A DNA stretch of 52,436 nucleotides from Hyphomicrobiales bacterium (lineage in GTDB: Bacteria > Pseudomonadota > Alphaproteobacteria > Rhizobiales > Hyphomicrobiaceae), in NCBI GenBank assembly GCA_038218255.1, contig JBBRKD010000001.1, positions 1-52,436 on the forward strand. Reading direction: 5' to 3'. Below are positions 37,802-45,954 of this stretch, piece after piece (position 1 is the first letter of the stretch; every line of letters begins with the position of its first letter). Made by a program: the position numbers and the translations under genes. The notes beneath the pieces were generated by a model that did not search any database, had not been told where the DNA came from, and was given only the letters and a program-made list of their open reading frames with translations.

Positions 37802-39382
37802 TCAAACCCGTGCATCGAAATCTGCGGCATGCGCGATCGCACGCGCTGCGGCCCTGTCCGCAAGTGCCAAAACGGTAAATGTCGGACTGACGGCGCCGAT
37901 GGTGGGGAATTGCCCGCCACCCGCGACGACCACATTGGGGGCCTCATGCAGCTGCCCGTAACTGTTGACGACCGAACCGCTCGCGTCGGCACCCATGATC
38001 GTGCCCCCTGAAAAATGCGCAAACGTGGTTGTCGGCAGCACCCAGCTTTCGGTCGCGCCAGCGGCTTTCATCACTCGCATGCCAAGCGCGTTGGCATGTG
38101 CCCACAGCTTCCGGCTTTCCGGGTCCAGCGTATAGATAGTACGCGCCAGCGGCATTCCCACATCATCGCGTTCGGATGCCAGCTCGATGCGGTTGGAAGC
38201 ATTGGGCAGGCTCTCGACAATCCCGTTGATGACGGCGAGGTGCTGTGATGCCCGCTTGATGAACCCATCGAGCTCAGCCCCGAACAGATCGGTGCGCGTC
38301 ATCGCAATGCCGAGCAGGTCGTTCGGTTTTAGCGAACCACCAATGCCCCATGAGTAGCTGCCAAATGGCCCTGCCGGACGATCTTTGCGATACTCATCCT
38401 GATTGGTCAGCATCCCGGCCGACAAGCCGAGATGGCATTCGGTTTCCTCTCTGAACAGGCCGTGGACGTTGGCGATGTTGTGCGCGTTGAAGTATTTTCC
38501 GATGAGGCCATTACGATTCGAAACTCCTTGCGGATGTTTCGCATGCCGAGTCGCCAGTAAAAGGCGGGCATTCTGGGCCGCAGCGCCCGCCAATATGATC
38601 AGTGTCGCTGGCTGTTCGAGCGTCTGCCCCTTGGCATTGCGATAAATCAGGCCGCGTGCACGACCATTTTCGTCGAGCGCTATGCCGGTGACCCGGCTCT
38701 GTGCCTTGAAGATTGCCCCGGCCCTGACCGCACTGGGCTGATGAACGACCAACGGATTGGCGAGCGCACCCGTTGGGCATCCGGCATCGCACCAGCCGTC
38801 ATATTGGCATGCCGGGCGGCCCTTATATTCCACTGATGTGACGGCCATCGGCGCAGGCGCGACTCTCATCCCCAGCGCTTCAAACCCGCGCGTCACGATC
38901 TTCCCTTGAGCGAAAGTTTTCAGCGGAGGCATTGGATAAGGCTTGCCCGCAGGTCGCCAAGTCTCGGCTTTTGCATCGCCTGAAATACCCACTTCGTCCT
39001 GTACCGCGTCGTAGTGCGGCCTCAGATCGTTATAAGAAATTGGCCAGTCGAGCCCGCGTCCGTGATCACTGAACATCGTGAAATCGGCCGGCTGCATGCG
39101 AGGCCATCCGGCATAATGATGCAGCGCGGCACCACCAAGACCCCAGCCATTCGACATGTTATGGCCAACCCGGTCAGGCCCGCCAGCGATGACCGGTGAC
39201 CCGCCCCATTTCAACCGCCGTGACCAAATTTGCGAACTGCGCAGGTCGCCCAAAGTCCAGGGTGGTCCCGCGTCGAGGACAATGACCATTCGACCGGCCT
39301 TGGCGAAACGTTCCGCCATAAGCGAGCCGGCCGCTCCTGCGCCCATTATAACGACATCGACATGTTCGAGAGTTTCACCCAC
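37802..39382 (-). CDS. GMC-family FAD oxidoreductase (gluconate 2-dehydrogenase flavoprotein-like)
   Basis: 526 aa with a GTG start, VDVVIMGAGAAGS at the N-terminus and GGTIMG...NVVVAGGGQFPT at the C-terminus. It is a clear paralogue of 44404-45954; both share LDAGP.W.LGDL.SSQIW.RRLKWGG.PV. Confidence 0.85.
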   Translation of the reverse strand: MGETLEHVDVVIMGAGAAGSLMAERFAKAGRMVIVLDAGPPWTLGDLRSSQIWSRRLKWGGSPVIAGGPDRVGHNMSNGWGLGGAALHHYAGWPRMQPADFTMFSDHGRGLDWPISYNDLRPHYDAVQDEVGISGDAKAETWRPAGKPYPMPPLKTFAQGKIVTRGFEALGMRVAPAPMAVTSVEYKGRPACQYDGWCDAGCPTGALANPLVVHQPSAVRAGAIFKAQSRVTGIALDENGRARGLIYRNAKGQTLEQPATLIILAGAAAQNARLLLATRHAKHPQGVSNRNGLIGKYFNAHNIANVHGLFREETECHLGLSAGMLTNQDEYRKDRPAGPFGSYSWGIGGSLKPNDLLGIAMTRTDLFGAELDGFIKRASQHLAVINGIVESLPNASNRIELASERDDVGMPLARTIYTLDPESRKLWAHANALGMRVMKAAGATESWVLPTTTFAHFSGGTIMGADASGSVVNSYGQLHEAPNVVVAGGGQFPTIGAVSPTFTVLALADRAAARAIAHAADFDARV

Positions 39383-39532
39383 GCGACAACGCTACGCAAC
39401 GCTCGCATCGTGCGCTATTTCCAACGGCGGCCGAGCCCCATGCCTGCGGTTATGCCCTCAATCGCCGAATGAAGTTGCGCTTGCGGTGTAGGCGCCCAAT
39501 CATCGCTTCGACCGCTAACCGGAGACCAATCG

Positions 39533-39841
39533 ATGATCACTGCGACCGTTCGTTTCAAGTTGCGCCCTGGCGTCGATTACGATCAGGCGATCGCAGAAAT
39601 AAAGAACATGATTGCTATGTATCAAAGCCAGCCGCAATTGATCCGCAAACAGATTTGTCTTAATGTCGAAAAAGGCGAAGGCCGCAGCTTCTACCTGTGG
39701 AAAGATCGGTCGGCAGCGGAAGCATTTTTCGAAATGGCACGCCCGATGTTGCGCGAACAGACGGGCGCCGAACCCGAGATCGAATTGTTGGAAACGCACG
39801 TCTTGGTGGATAATTCCACAAACGATGTTTTCATCGCATGA
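39533..39841 (+). CDS. YdhR-like small protein (dimeric alpha/beta-barrel, ABM-type putative monooxygenase)
   Basis: 102 aa with ATG 7 nt after GGAG. GEGRSFYLWKDRSAAEAFFE resembles E. coli YdhR GGIYLFTDEKSALAYLE. Confidence 0.6.
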   Translation: MITATVRFKLRPGVDYDQAIAEIKNMIAMYQSQPQLIRKQICLNVEKGEGRSFYLWKDRSAAEAFFEMARPMLREQTGAEPEIELLETHVLVDNSTNDVFIA

Positions 39842-40692
39842 GCGACCCGCGTCCGATCCTCGTCGTTGGTGGCACCGGAATGCTGGGGCGGCCTGTCGTT
39901 GATGCACTTGCGGCGCGCGCGATACCGGTTCGCGTGCTGTCGCGTGACACGCATGTTCCGAGACCGAATATTCAGTTCGTGCGGGGCGCTGTCGAGGACG
40001 CTAGCGCGCTCGCTGCGGCGGTCGAAGGGTGCCGCGCGGTGCATATCAATCTGCGCGCGACGAATGCCGCCGAACTCAACACGGTCGAAATCGGAGGCAC
40101 CCGCGCCGTGGTAGCGGCCTCGCGGGCGGCAGGAATTGAACGCATTGGTTATGTGTCAGGGGCAGGCATGGAAGCGGCTGATCCCAAATTACCGATGGCT
40201 CATGCCAAGCAATCAGCTGAAGCTGCCGTGCAGGGGTCCGGCGTCGAATGGATGCTATTCAGAGCGACGCATTTCATGGAGTCGCTCGACCTGTTCGTGC
40301 GCAGCGGACGCATCGAACTGATGACCCCGCAGCCGCTTGCCTATCATTATCTTGCGGCCCGTGACTACGGTCGGATCGTTGCTCAGGCCTACCTCGAGCC
40401 GTCAGCTGCAAATCAGGCCTTTACGATGCTCGGCCCGCAACCACTAACGATGCGCGCGGCATTGGACATCTATGTGTCGCGGCTGCACCCGGGGATGAAA
40501 ATCCGGGCCACGCCGACGGCCATTCTGCGTTTGGTCGCCGCTCTGACTGGCAACCGCGAACTCAAACATGCATCGCTCCTGTTCTCGACCTTTCCGAAAA
40601 TACCCGAGACTGGCGATCGTGACATAACCGATACTCTACTTGGCCGCGCTGAAACCACGTTGGCACAATGGTGCGACACGCGCGCAGCATAA
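39838..40692 (+). CDS. NmrA-like / atypical SDR NAD(P)-binding protein
   Basis: 284 aa with ILVVGGTGMLGRPVV Rossmann. ATGA overlaps the upstream gene. Confidence 0.75.
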   Translation: MSDPRPILVVGGTGMLGRPVVDALAARAIPVRVLSRDTHVPRPNIQFVRGAVEDASALAAAVEGCRAVHINLRATNAAELNTVEIGGTRAVVAASRAAGIERIGYVSGAGMEAADPKLPMAHAKQSAEAAVQGSGVEWMLFRATHFMESLDLFVRSGRIELMTPQPLAYHYLAARDYGRIVAQAYLEPSAANQAFTMLGPQPLTMRAALDIYVSRLHPGMKIRATPTAILRLVAALTGNRELKHASLLFSTFPKIPETGDRDITDTLLGRAETTLAQWCDTRAA

Positions 40693-40815
40693 CTTCGGCT
40701 TATGCCGTTGCCCAGATTATCTCCCTCGGCGGAGCTTCCGCAATCAGCCATGTCGCTTGTGCTGACGAAAAAGGGAGTGGTTCGCCTGCATCCCTTCAGC
40801 AATAGGGAGGCTAAC

Positions 40816-43110
40816 ATGAAAAATTCCATTGCTGCGCTGCTTGGGAGCGCGGTTATTTTGCCGCTGATCGCAACGTCGCCGGCCCATTCGCAAACGACCC
40901 CTGAAGCACAAACCGGTGGTATCACGGATATCGTGGTGACCGCGCGGCGGCGCGCCGAGACGCAGCAATCGGTACCGATTGCCATCACTGCCTTCGGTGC
41001 CGAGGCATTGACGGCACGGTCGGTCACGCAAGTCAGCGATCTTGCCGACGCGACGCCGAACCTGACGCGGACCGCAGGGCCGACGGGCGGCAATGATGCA
41101 TTTTTCTTCGTTCGTGGCATTGGCCAAGTCGATTCCAACCCGGCGGCAGATCCCGGTGTGGGCATCTATATTGACGGCGTTTATCTGGCGCGCATTCAGG
41201 GTGCCTCAGTTGATGCATTCGACCTCGACCGCGTCGAGGTGCTGCGCGGCCCGCAGGGAACGCTCTTTGGACGCAATACCATTGGCGGTGCCGTAAGCTT
41301 GACGACGCGCGACCCGGGCAAAGATCTTGCCTTTGCGGGACGCGTTACGGTTGGCAGCCGCAACCGCTTCGATGTTTTTGGTGCCGTCGATCTTCCGCTC
41401 TCCGACACATTGGGCGTCCGCGTTTCAGGCGGCTATCGCAAGCAGGACGGTTGGGGTCTCAACGTTTATACCGGCGACCGTTATTCAAGCGTCAAAAATC
41501 TTAGCGGCCGCATCAAGCTGGTCTGGCAGCCAACGGCCGACGTGAAGCTGTCGCTGTCTGCTGATGCCCTTCAGGCACGTGGCACAAGTGCGCATACAAT
41601 TCTCGCCGGCGCGCGCGCTGGAGCGACGACGCCGTTTGCCGTGCCGCTGCCTTTTGATTTGCTGGCCGATACATCGACCGATCTTTCAAAGAATTTCGAA
41701 TCGATCAAGCCACAGAACGACAATGACAATCGCGGTGTGACAGGAACGCTCGAAGTCGGGCTCGGCGGGCCGACGCTTAAGGCGATCGTCGCTTATCGCG
41801 CGGTCGATCAAACAGCAGCAAACGATTTCGATGGCACCGGTTACCGCCTTTACGACAATATTTTCGATACCCAGTCGAAGCAGCTAAGCGGGGAACTTCA
41901 GTTGCTCGGTGATGCACTCGACAATCGATTAAGTTACGTCCTTGGCGGCTATGCGTTCCGCGAAAACGTCCGTCATAACAACGCGATTTGCCTCGGCACG
42001 AATGTTGGCGGCAACCCTTTTGCAGCCGTGCGCAATCAAGGTGGTTGCATCCGCAACAATCAGTTTTTTACGCTGCATGTTGAAAGCTTCGCAGGATTCG
42101 GACAGGCCAGTTTCAAGGTCACACCACAATTATCGCTTACGGTCGGTGGCCGCTACACGCGCGAAACCAAGCGGCAGGCCTTCGATTTCTTCTTGGACAA
42201 TCGCGACGGCGTCGTTGGATTTATTCCGGGTTTCCCGCCGCCAATCCCGAATTTCCCGACACTGTCACCACGCAACCCTCGGGTTGGGGTGCCGACAACT
42301 TACAATGCCAGCTTTGGTGAGTTTACGCCAAAGCTTGGCATCGACTTCAAACCCTCCGAAAATGTCCTGCTGTATGCGAGCTATTCACGCGGCTTCAAAT
42401 CAGGGGGATTTAATGGTCGGCCATCGCCGACGCCAACGGGCGCATTCCGGCCAATCCAGCAATATGACCCGGAAAAGCTGACCGCCTATGAAGCAGGCAT
42501 CAAGTCGGATTTCTTTGATCGGCGGCTGCGCTTTAATCTTGCCGGTTATTACTCGATTTACGACGGTATTCAGCTACTTGTCATCGACCCAGCAAGCGGC
42601 TTCTTTAATACAGCCAACGCGGGCAAGAGCGAAATTTACGGCTTCGAACTCGAGGTTACGGCGAAGCCAATCCCAGCGATGACAGTTTATTCGAATATCG
42701 GCTACACGCATGATCGTTACACCCAACTCGATCCCCGCGCGGTCGGTTTTACGTTCGCAACCCGCCTGCCTGTGACACCGCGCTGGACGGTCGGCCTTGG
42801 CGGCGATTATCGCGCCGATCTCGGCACCTTAGGATCGCTGACGCTGCGTGCAGACTATAATTATCGCAGCTCGGTCTATTTTGGCGCGACCAACGAACCG
42901 CTTGAATTTGGTGCGTCACGCGGACTGCTCAACTTGCGAGCGACCTACGCACCTGAAAATGAGCATTTCAAACTTTCGGTGTTCGGCCTGAACGTGACCG
43001 ACAAGCGCTATATCACCAATGCCCAGGATGTCCGCAATGCGCTCGGCATCGCCTTTGCCAGTCCATCCTCGCCTGACGAATGGGGCGCTGAGCTTGAGGT
43101 CAAGTTTTGA
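40816..43110 (+). CDS. TonB-dependent receptor (paralogue of 11100-13376)
   Basis: I trimmed the start to ATG 40816, with GGGAGG 5 nt upstream. The signal peptide ends PAHSQT. The TonB box/plug reads ITDIVVTARRRAE...VEVLRGPQGTLFGRNTIGGAV. The C-terminus is ...LEVKF. Confidence 0.9.
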   Translation: MKNSIAALLGSAVILPLIATSPAHSQTTPEAQTGGITDIVVTARRRAETQQSVPIAITAFGAEALTARSVTQVSDLADATPNLTRTAGPTGGNDAFFFVRGIGQVDSNPAADPGVGIYIDGVYLARIQGASVDAFDLDRVEVLRGPQGTLFGRNTIGGAVSLTTRDPGKDLAFAGRVTVGSRNRFDVFGAVDLPLSDTLGVRVSGGYRKQDGWGLNVYTGDRYSSVKNLSGRIKLVWQPTADVKLSLSADALQARGTSAHTILAGARAGATTPFAVPLPFDLLADTSTDLSKNFESIKPQNDNDNRGVTGTLEVGLGGPTLKAIVAYRAVDQTAANDFDGTGYRLYDNIFDTQSKQLSGELQLLGDALDNRLSYVLGGYAFRENVRHNNAICLGTNVGGNPFAAVRNQGGCIRNNQFFTLHVESFAGFGQASFKVTPQLSLTVGGRYTRETKRQAFDFFLDNRDGVVGFIPGFPPPIPNFPTLSPRNPRVGVPTTYNASFGEFTPKLGIDFKPSENVLLYASYSRGFKSGGFNGRPSPTPTGAFRPIQQYDPEKLTAYEAGIKSDFFDRRLRFNLAGYYSIYDGIQLLVIDPASGFFNTANAGKSEIYGFELEVTAKPIPAMTVYSNIGYTHDRYTQLDPRAVGFTFATRLPVTPRWTVGLGGDYRADLGTLGSLTLRADYNYRSSVYFGATNEPLEFGASRGLLNLRATYAPENEHFKLSVFGLNVTDKRYITNAQDVRNALGIAFASPSSPDEWGAELEVKF

Positions 43111-43143
43111 TTGCTCGACGCTCCTTCTAAACGGTTTGTTGCG

Positions 43144-43623
43144 TTACGCTGGATACGCCAAACCGTCATTGAAAGCCGCGCGCAGGATCACCGGGGTCAG
43201 TAATACACCAATCAAGACCGAATAGGCGATCTTGAAGGCAAGAACGATAAGGAACGGCCAGTCACCCGTGGTTGGCCAAATCAGCGCCAGCAGGCCCACG
43301 CTTATCGGTGCCAGCACGAGAGTCATGACGATTGCTAACATAAGCCCGCGGAGGATGACATTGCCGGGTAGGCGACGTTTGTAGGCCAGCGGACCGATGG
43401 CGCCTTTCCGAACCCGCGCGCGCGTCAGCAATGTAAGCCCGATCGTCATCATAAGCGAGATCATGAACGTCGTCGGGAGCAGATCGAATGCCAGCCCCTG
43501 CATGCCCCAAAGCCCGATTTTGGTCAGCCCCCCGAACATCAGAAACACGAAACCACCCCCAACAATGGCATTCAGCGCCACTCCGATCCTGCTCTCGACT
43601 GCGATATAACGGTCATGTGTCAT
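43144..43623 (-). CDS. Small integral membrane protein, four predicted transmembrane segments, unknown function
   Basis: ~159 aa with four hydrophobic stretches: GVALNAIVGGGFVFLMFGG, LLPTTFMISLMMTIGLTLL, LMLAIVMTLVLAPISVGLLALIW and FLIVLAFKIAYSVLIGVLLTPVIL. I recognise no family. Confidence 0.55.
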   Translation of the reverse strand: MTHDRYIAVESRIGVALNAIVGGGFVFLMFGGLTKIGLWGMQGLAFDLLPTTFMISLMMTIGLTLLTRARVRKGAIGPLAYKRRLPGNVILRGLMLAIVMTLVLAPISVGLLALIWPTTGDWPFLIVLAFKIAYSVLIGVLLTPVILRAAFNDGLAYPA

Positions 43624-43819
43624 TACCACCCCCTCACCACCAGCACGCTATAGGCCAAAGCTGAAAAGCTGGGACATCATGCGAAATGGACGCACTGTCC
43701 ATACCCCCGGTTATGATCGTCGCGGCGTTCGCCATACCCAGCATTCATGTCCACGCCCGCATTTGCTATTTGCACAGGGCAAACAGAGCGAGGACTAGCG
43801 GGTTTGAAAAGGACCGGTC

Positions 43820-44410
43820 ATGGCCATCGTATCAAGAAGGAAGGCAATTGCTGGCATCGGCGCGGGCGGCGCGATTGGCCTTGGGTTACTGGCGTTCACC
43901 GATCAGGGACGGACCCTCTGGCGCACACCGGAGGAAGCCCGCAAAGCCGGACTTGGCTTCAAGACGCTTGACGCGGGCGAAGTCGCAACCCTCGAAGCGC
44001 TGGGCGAAACCCTGCTTCCGGGCGCACGCGAAGCCGGGATCGCCCATTATGTTGATCACCATCTGGCTCAGCCATCCGTCGACAGCCTGTTGATGATCCG
44101 TTATCTGGACATCCCGCCGCCCTATCTCAATTTTTATCGTGCCGGGCTGGCTGCGCTCAACGGCTTCGCGAGCGCGAAAAACGGCAAGATATTTGGCGAT
44201 CAGGACGCGGGCAATGCAACCGACATCGTGCGGGCAATATCTAGCCCCGACCCCGCTGCGGCTCCCAAAGACTGGCGCGGCCCGCCTGCTTCAATCTTCT
44301 ACTTCGTGACTCGCGCCGACGCCGTTGATGTTGTGTATGGCACTGAAAAGGGAACGGAAAAACTCGGCCTGCCTTATATGGCGCACATTCTTCCCGAGAC
44401 GCCGTGGTGA
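43820..44410 (+). CDS. Gluconate 2-dehydrogenase subunit 3-family protein with a twin-arginine signal
   Basis: 196 aa with ATG 6 nt after AAGGA. The Tat motif is SRRKAIAGIGAGGAIGLGLLAF. It lies directly upstream of, and overlaps, a GMC flavoprotein gene, the usual pairing for this family. Confidence 0.75.
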   Translation: MAIVSRRKAIAGIGAGGAIGLGLLAFTDQGRTLWRTPEEARKAGLGFKTLDAGEVATLEALGETLLPGAREAGIAHYVDHHLAQPSVDSLLMIRYLDIPPPYLNFYRAGLAALNGFASAKNGKIFGDQDAGNATDIVRAISSPDPAAAPKDWRGPPASIFYFVTRADAVDVVYGTEKGTEKLGLPYMAHILPETPW

Positions 44411-45954
44411 ATAAAAGCGCGGATTTCGTCATTGTCGGCGCTGGCGCGGCTGGCAGTCTTTATGCAGCTATACTCGCCAAAGCGGGGAAGTCGGTCATCA
44501 TGCTTGATGCCGGACCCGGCTGGATATTGGGTGATCTGGCATCGTCGCAAATCTGGGCACGGCGGTTGAAATGGGGCGGGGCGCCCGTTGAGTTTCGCGG
44601 TAATCATCATGGTTTCGGGCATAATCTCAATACCGGCTGGGGCCTCGGCGGTGCCGCGCTCCATCACTATGCGACATGGCCACGCATGCACGTCGAAGCG
44701 TTTGCAACGCGCAAACTTTACGAGCGCGGGCAGGATTGGCCGATCGGCTATGACGATCTGCGCCCATTTTACGATCGGATTCAAGCCGATGTCGGCATTT
44801 CGGGTGATGCACAGGCAGAAATCTGGCGACCCGAGGGTGCTCCCTATCCACTGCCGCCCATGAAGCGATTTGCCCAGGGGCGATTACTGGCAGCGGGCTT
44901 CGAAAAGCTGGGGCACCCGACTGCGCCGCTGCCCGTGGGAATCGTGTCGCAGGACTATAAGGGCCGTCCTGCGTGCCAAAACGACGGCTGGTGTGATGCC
45001 GGTTGCCCGATCGGGTCACTCGCAAATCCGCTAGCGACCTATCAAGCCGAAGCTGCTGCTGCCGGTGCCGACATTCGCGCGAATGCAACGGTCAAGCGGA
45101 TTTTGCCGGCCTCGAAAAACCGGGCGGCCGGTGTCGTCTTCACCGATGCGAAGCAACAGGAGCGCCGCCTCGAAGCCGGCACCGTCATCCTCGCCACATC
45201 GGCGATCCAGAATCCGCGCCTGATGCTGGCCTCGGCATGTCCGGAATGGCCAAACGGCGCGGGCAATGCCGCCGATCAAGTTGGCCGAAATTTCATGCTC
45301 GACAGCTTGGCGCTGGTCTACGGATTGTTCGACGCCGAAACCGAGCCGCACATGGGCGTGTCCGCAGGGCAAGTCACGAACCGCGTCCGATATGCCGGTG
45401 ACCGTCCGCCCGGAACGCCATTTGGAAGCTATCAGTGGCAGGTCGCGCCCTCCATGAAACCAAGCGACATATTCGGCATGGCGATTTCGCGCGCTGACCT
45501 GTTCGGCTCTGAACTCAGCGCCTTCGTCACCCGTGCCAGCCACCACATTGCCAGCATGGTGGCGATGATCGGTGCCTTGCCCGATCCCACTAACCGCGTC
45601 GTCCTATCGGACAAGCGCGACCATTTCGGGGTTCCGCTGGCACGCGTCGAGCATAAGGTCGATGATGCGACAATGACGTTGTGGTCTCACTGCAAGGACG
45701 AAGGCGTTGCAGTTATGAAGGCAGCGGGCGCGACCGAAAGCTGGACTGGACCCTATAACGCCGGACACTTGATCGGCGGCACGCTGATGGGCGATGATCC
45801 TGCAACTTCTGTGACCGACAGTTTCGGGCGTGTCCATGGAATCGACAATCTGGTCCTTGCAGGATCGGGCCTGTTTCCGACCAGTGGCGGGATCAGTCCG
45901 ACCTACACCTTGCTCGCGGTTGCGATGCGATCCGTCGGCGTATTGCTGCGATGA
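44404..45954 (+). CDS. GMC-family FAD oxidoreductase (flavoprotein partner of the Tat subunit)
   Basis: 516 aa with GTG starts at 44404 and 44407. It has ADFVIVGAGAAGS and no signal peptide of its own. The C-terminus reads GGTLMG...NLVLAGSGLFPTSGG. Confidence 0.85.
   Translation: MVNKSADFVIVGAGAAGSLYAAILAKAGKSVIMLDAGPGWILGDLASSQIWARRLKWGGAPVEFRGNHHGFGHNLNTGWGLGGAALHHYATWPRMHVEAFATRKLYERGQDWPIGYDDLRPFYDRIQADVGISGDAQAEIWRPEGAPYPLPPMKRFAQGRLLAAGFEKLGHPTAPLPVGIVSQDYKGRPACQNDGWCDAGCPIGSLANPLATYQAEAAAAGADIRANATVKRILPASKNRAAGVVFTDAKQQERRLEAGTVILATSAIQNPRLMLASACPEWPNGAGNAADQVGRNFMLDSLALVYGLFDAETEPHMGVSAGQVTNRVRYAGDRPPGTPFGSYQWQVAPSMKPSDIFGMAISRADLFGSELSAFVTRASHHIASMVAMIGALPDPTNRVVLSDKRDHFGVPLARVEHKVDDATMTLWSHCKDEGVAVMKAAGATESWTGPYNAGHLIGGTLMGDDPATSVTDSFGRVHGIDNLVLAGSGLFPTSGGISPTYTLLAVAMRSVGVLLR

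Noticed and set aside
35891-38011. Long plus-strand ORFs (281 aa at 35891-36736, 414 aa at 36767-38011, 222 aa at 36843-37511) opposite the NicX-like, hydratase and GMC genes
   Set aside because: They are extremely Arg/Ser/Pro-rich and cross gene boundaries of the minus-strand operon. The minus-strand products align motif for motif with known families.
40470-41165. 231-aa minus-strand ORF across the NmrA-like/TonB-dependent receptor junction, and similar shadow ORFs at 47397-48029, 50026-50628 and 50677-51312
   Set aside because: Same reasoning: these are antisense shadow frames with no Shine-Dalgarno and no motifs, overlapping strongly supported plus-strand genes.
43130-43166. Inverted repeat AACGGTTTG...CAAACCGT between the second TonB-dependent receptor and the convergent membrane-protein gene
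   Set aside because: The loop is 20 nt and there is no U-tract. The right arm lies inside the coding sequence of the membrane protein. That is too weak to call a terminator.
43686-43702. Palindrome ATGGAC-gcact-GTCCAT upstream of the Tat-subunit gene
   Set aside because: It is a short 6-bp half-site that occurs only once, with no adjacent regulator gene to assign it to. It could be an operator, but the evidence is insufficient for a feature call.
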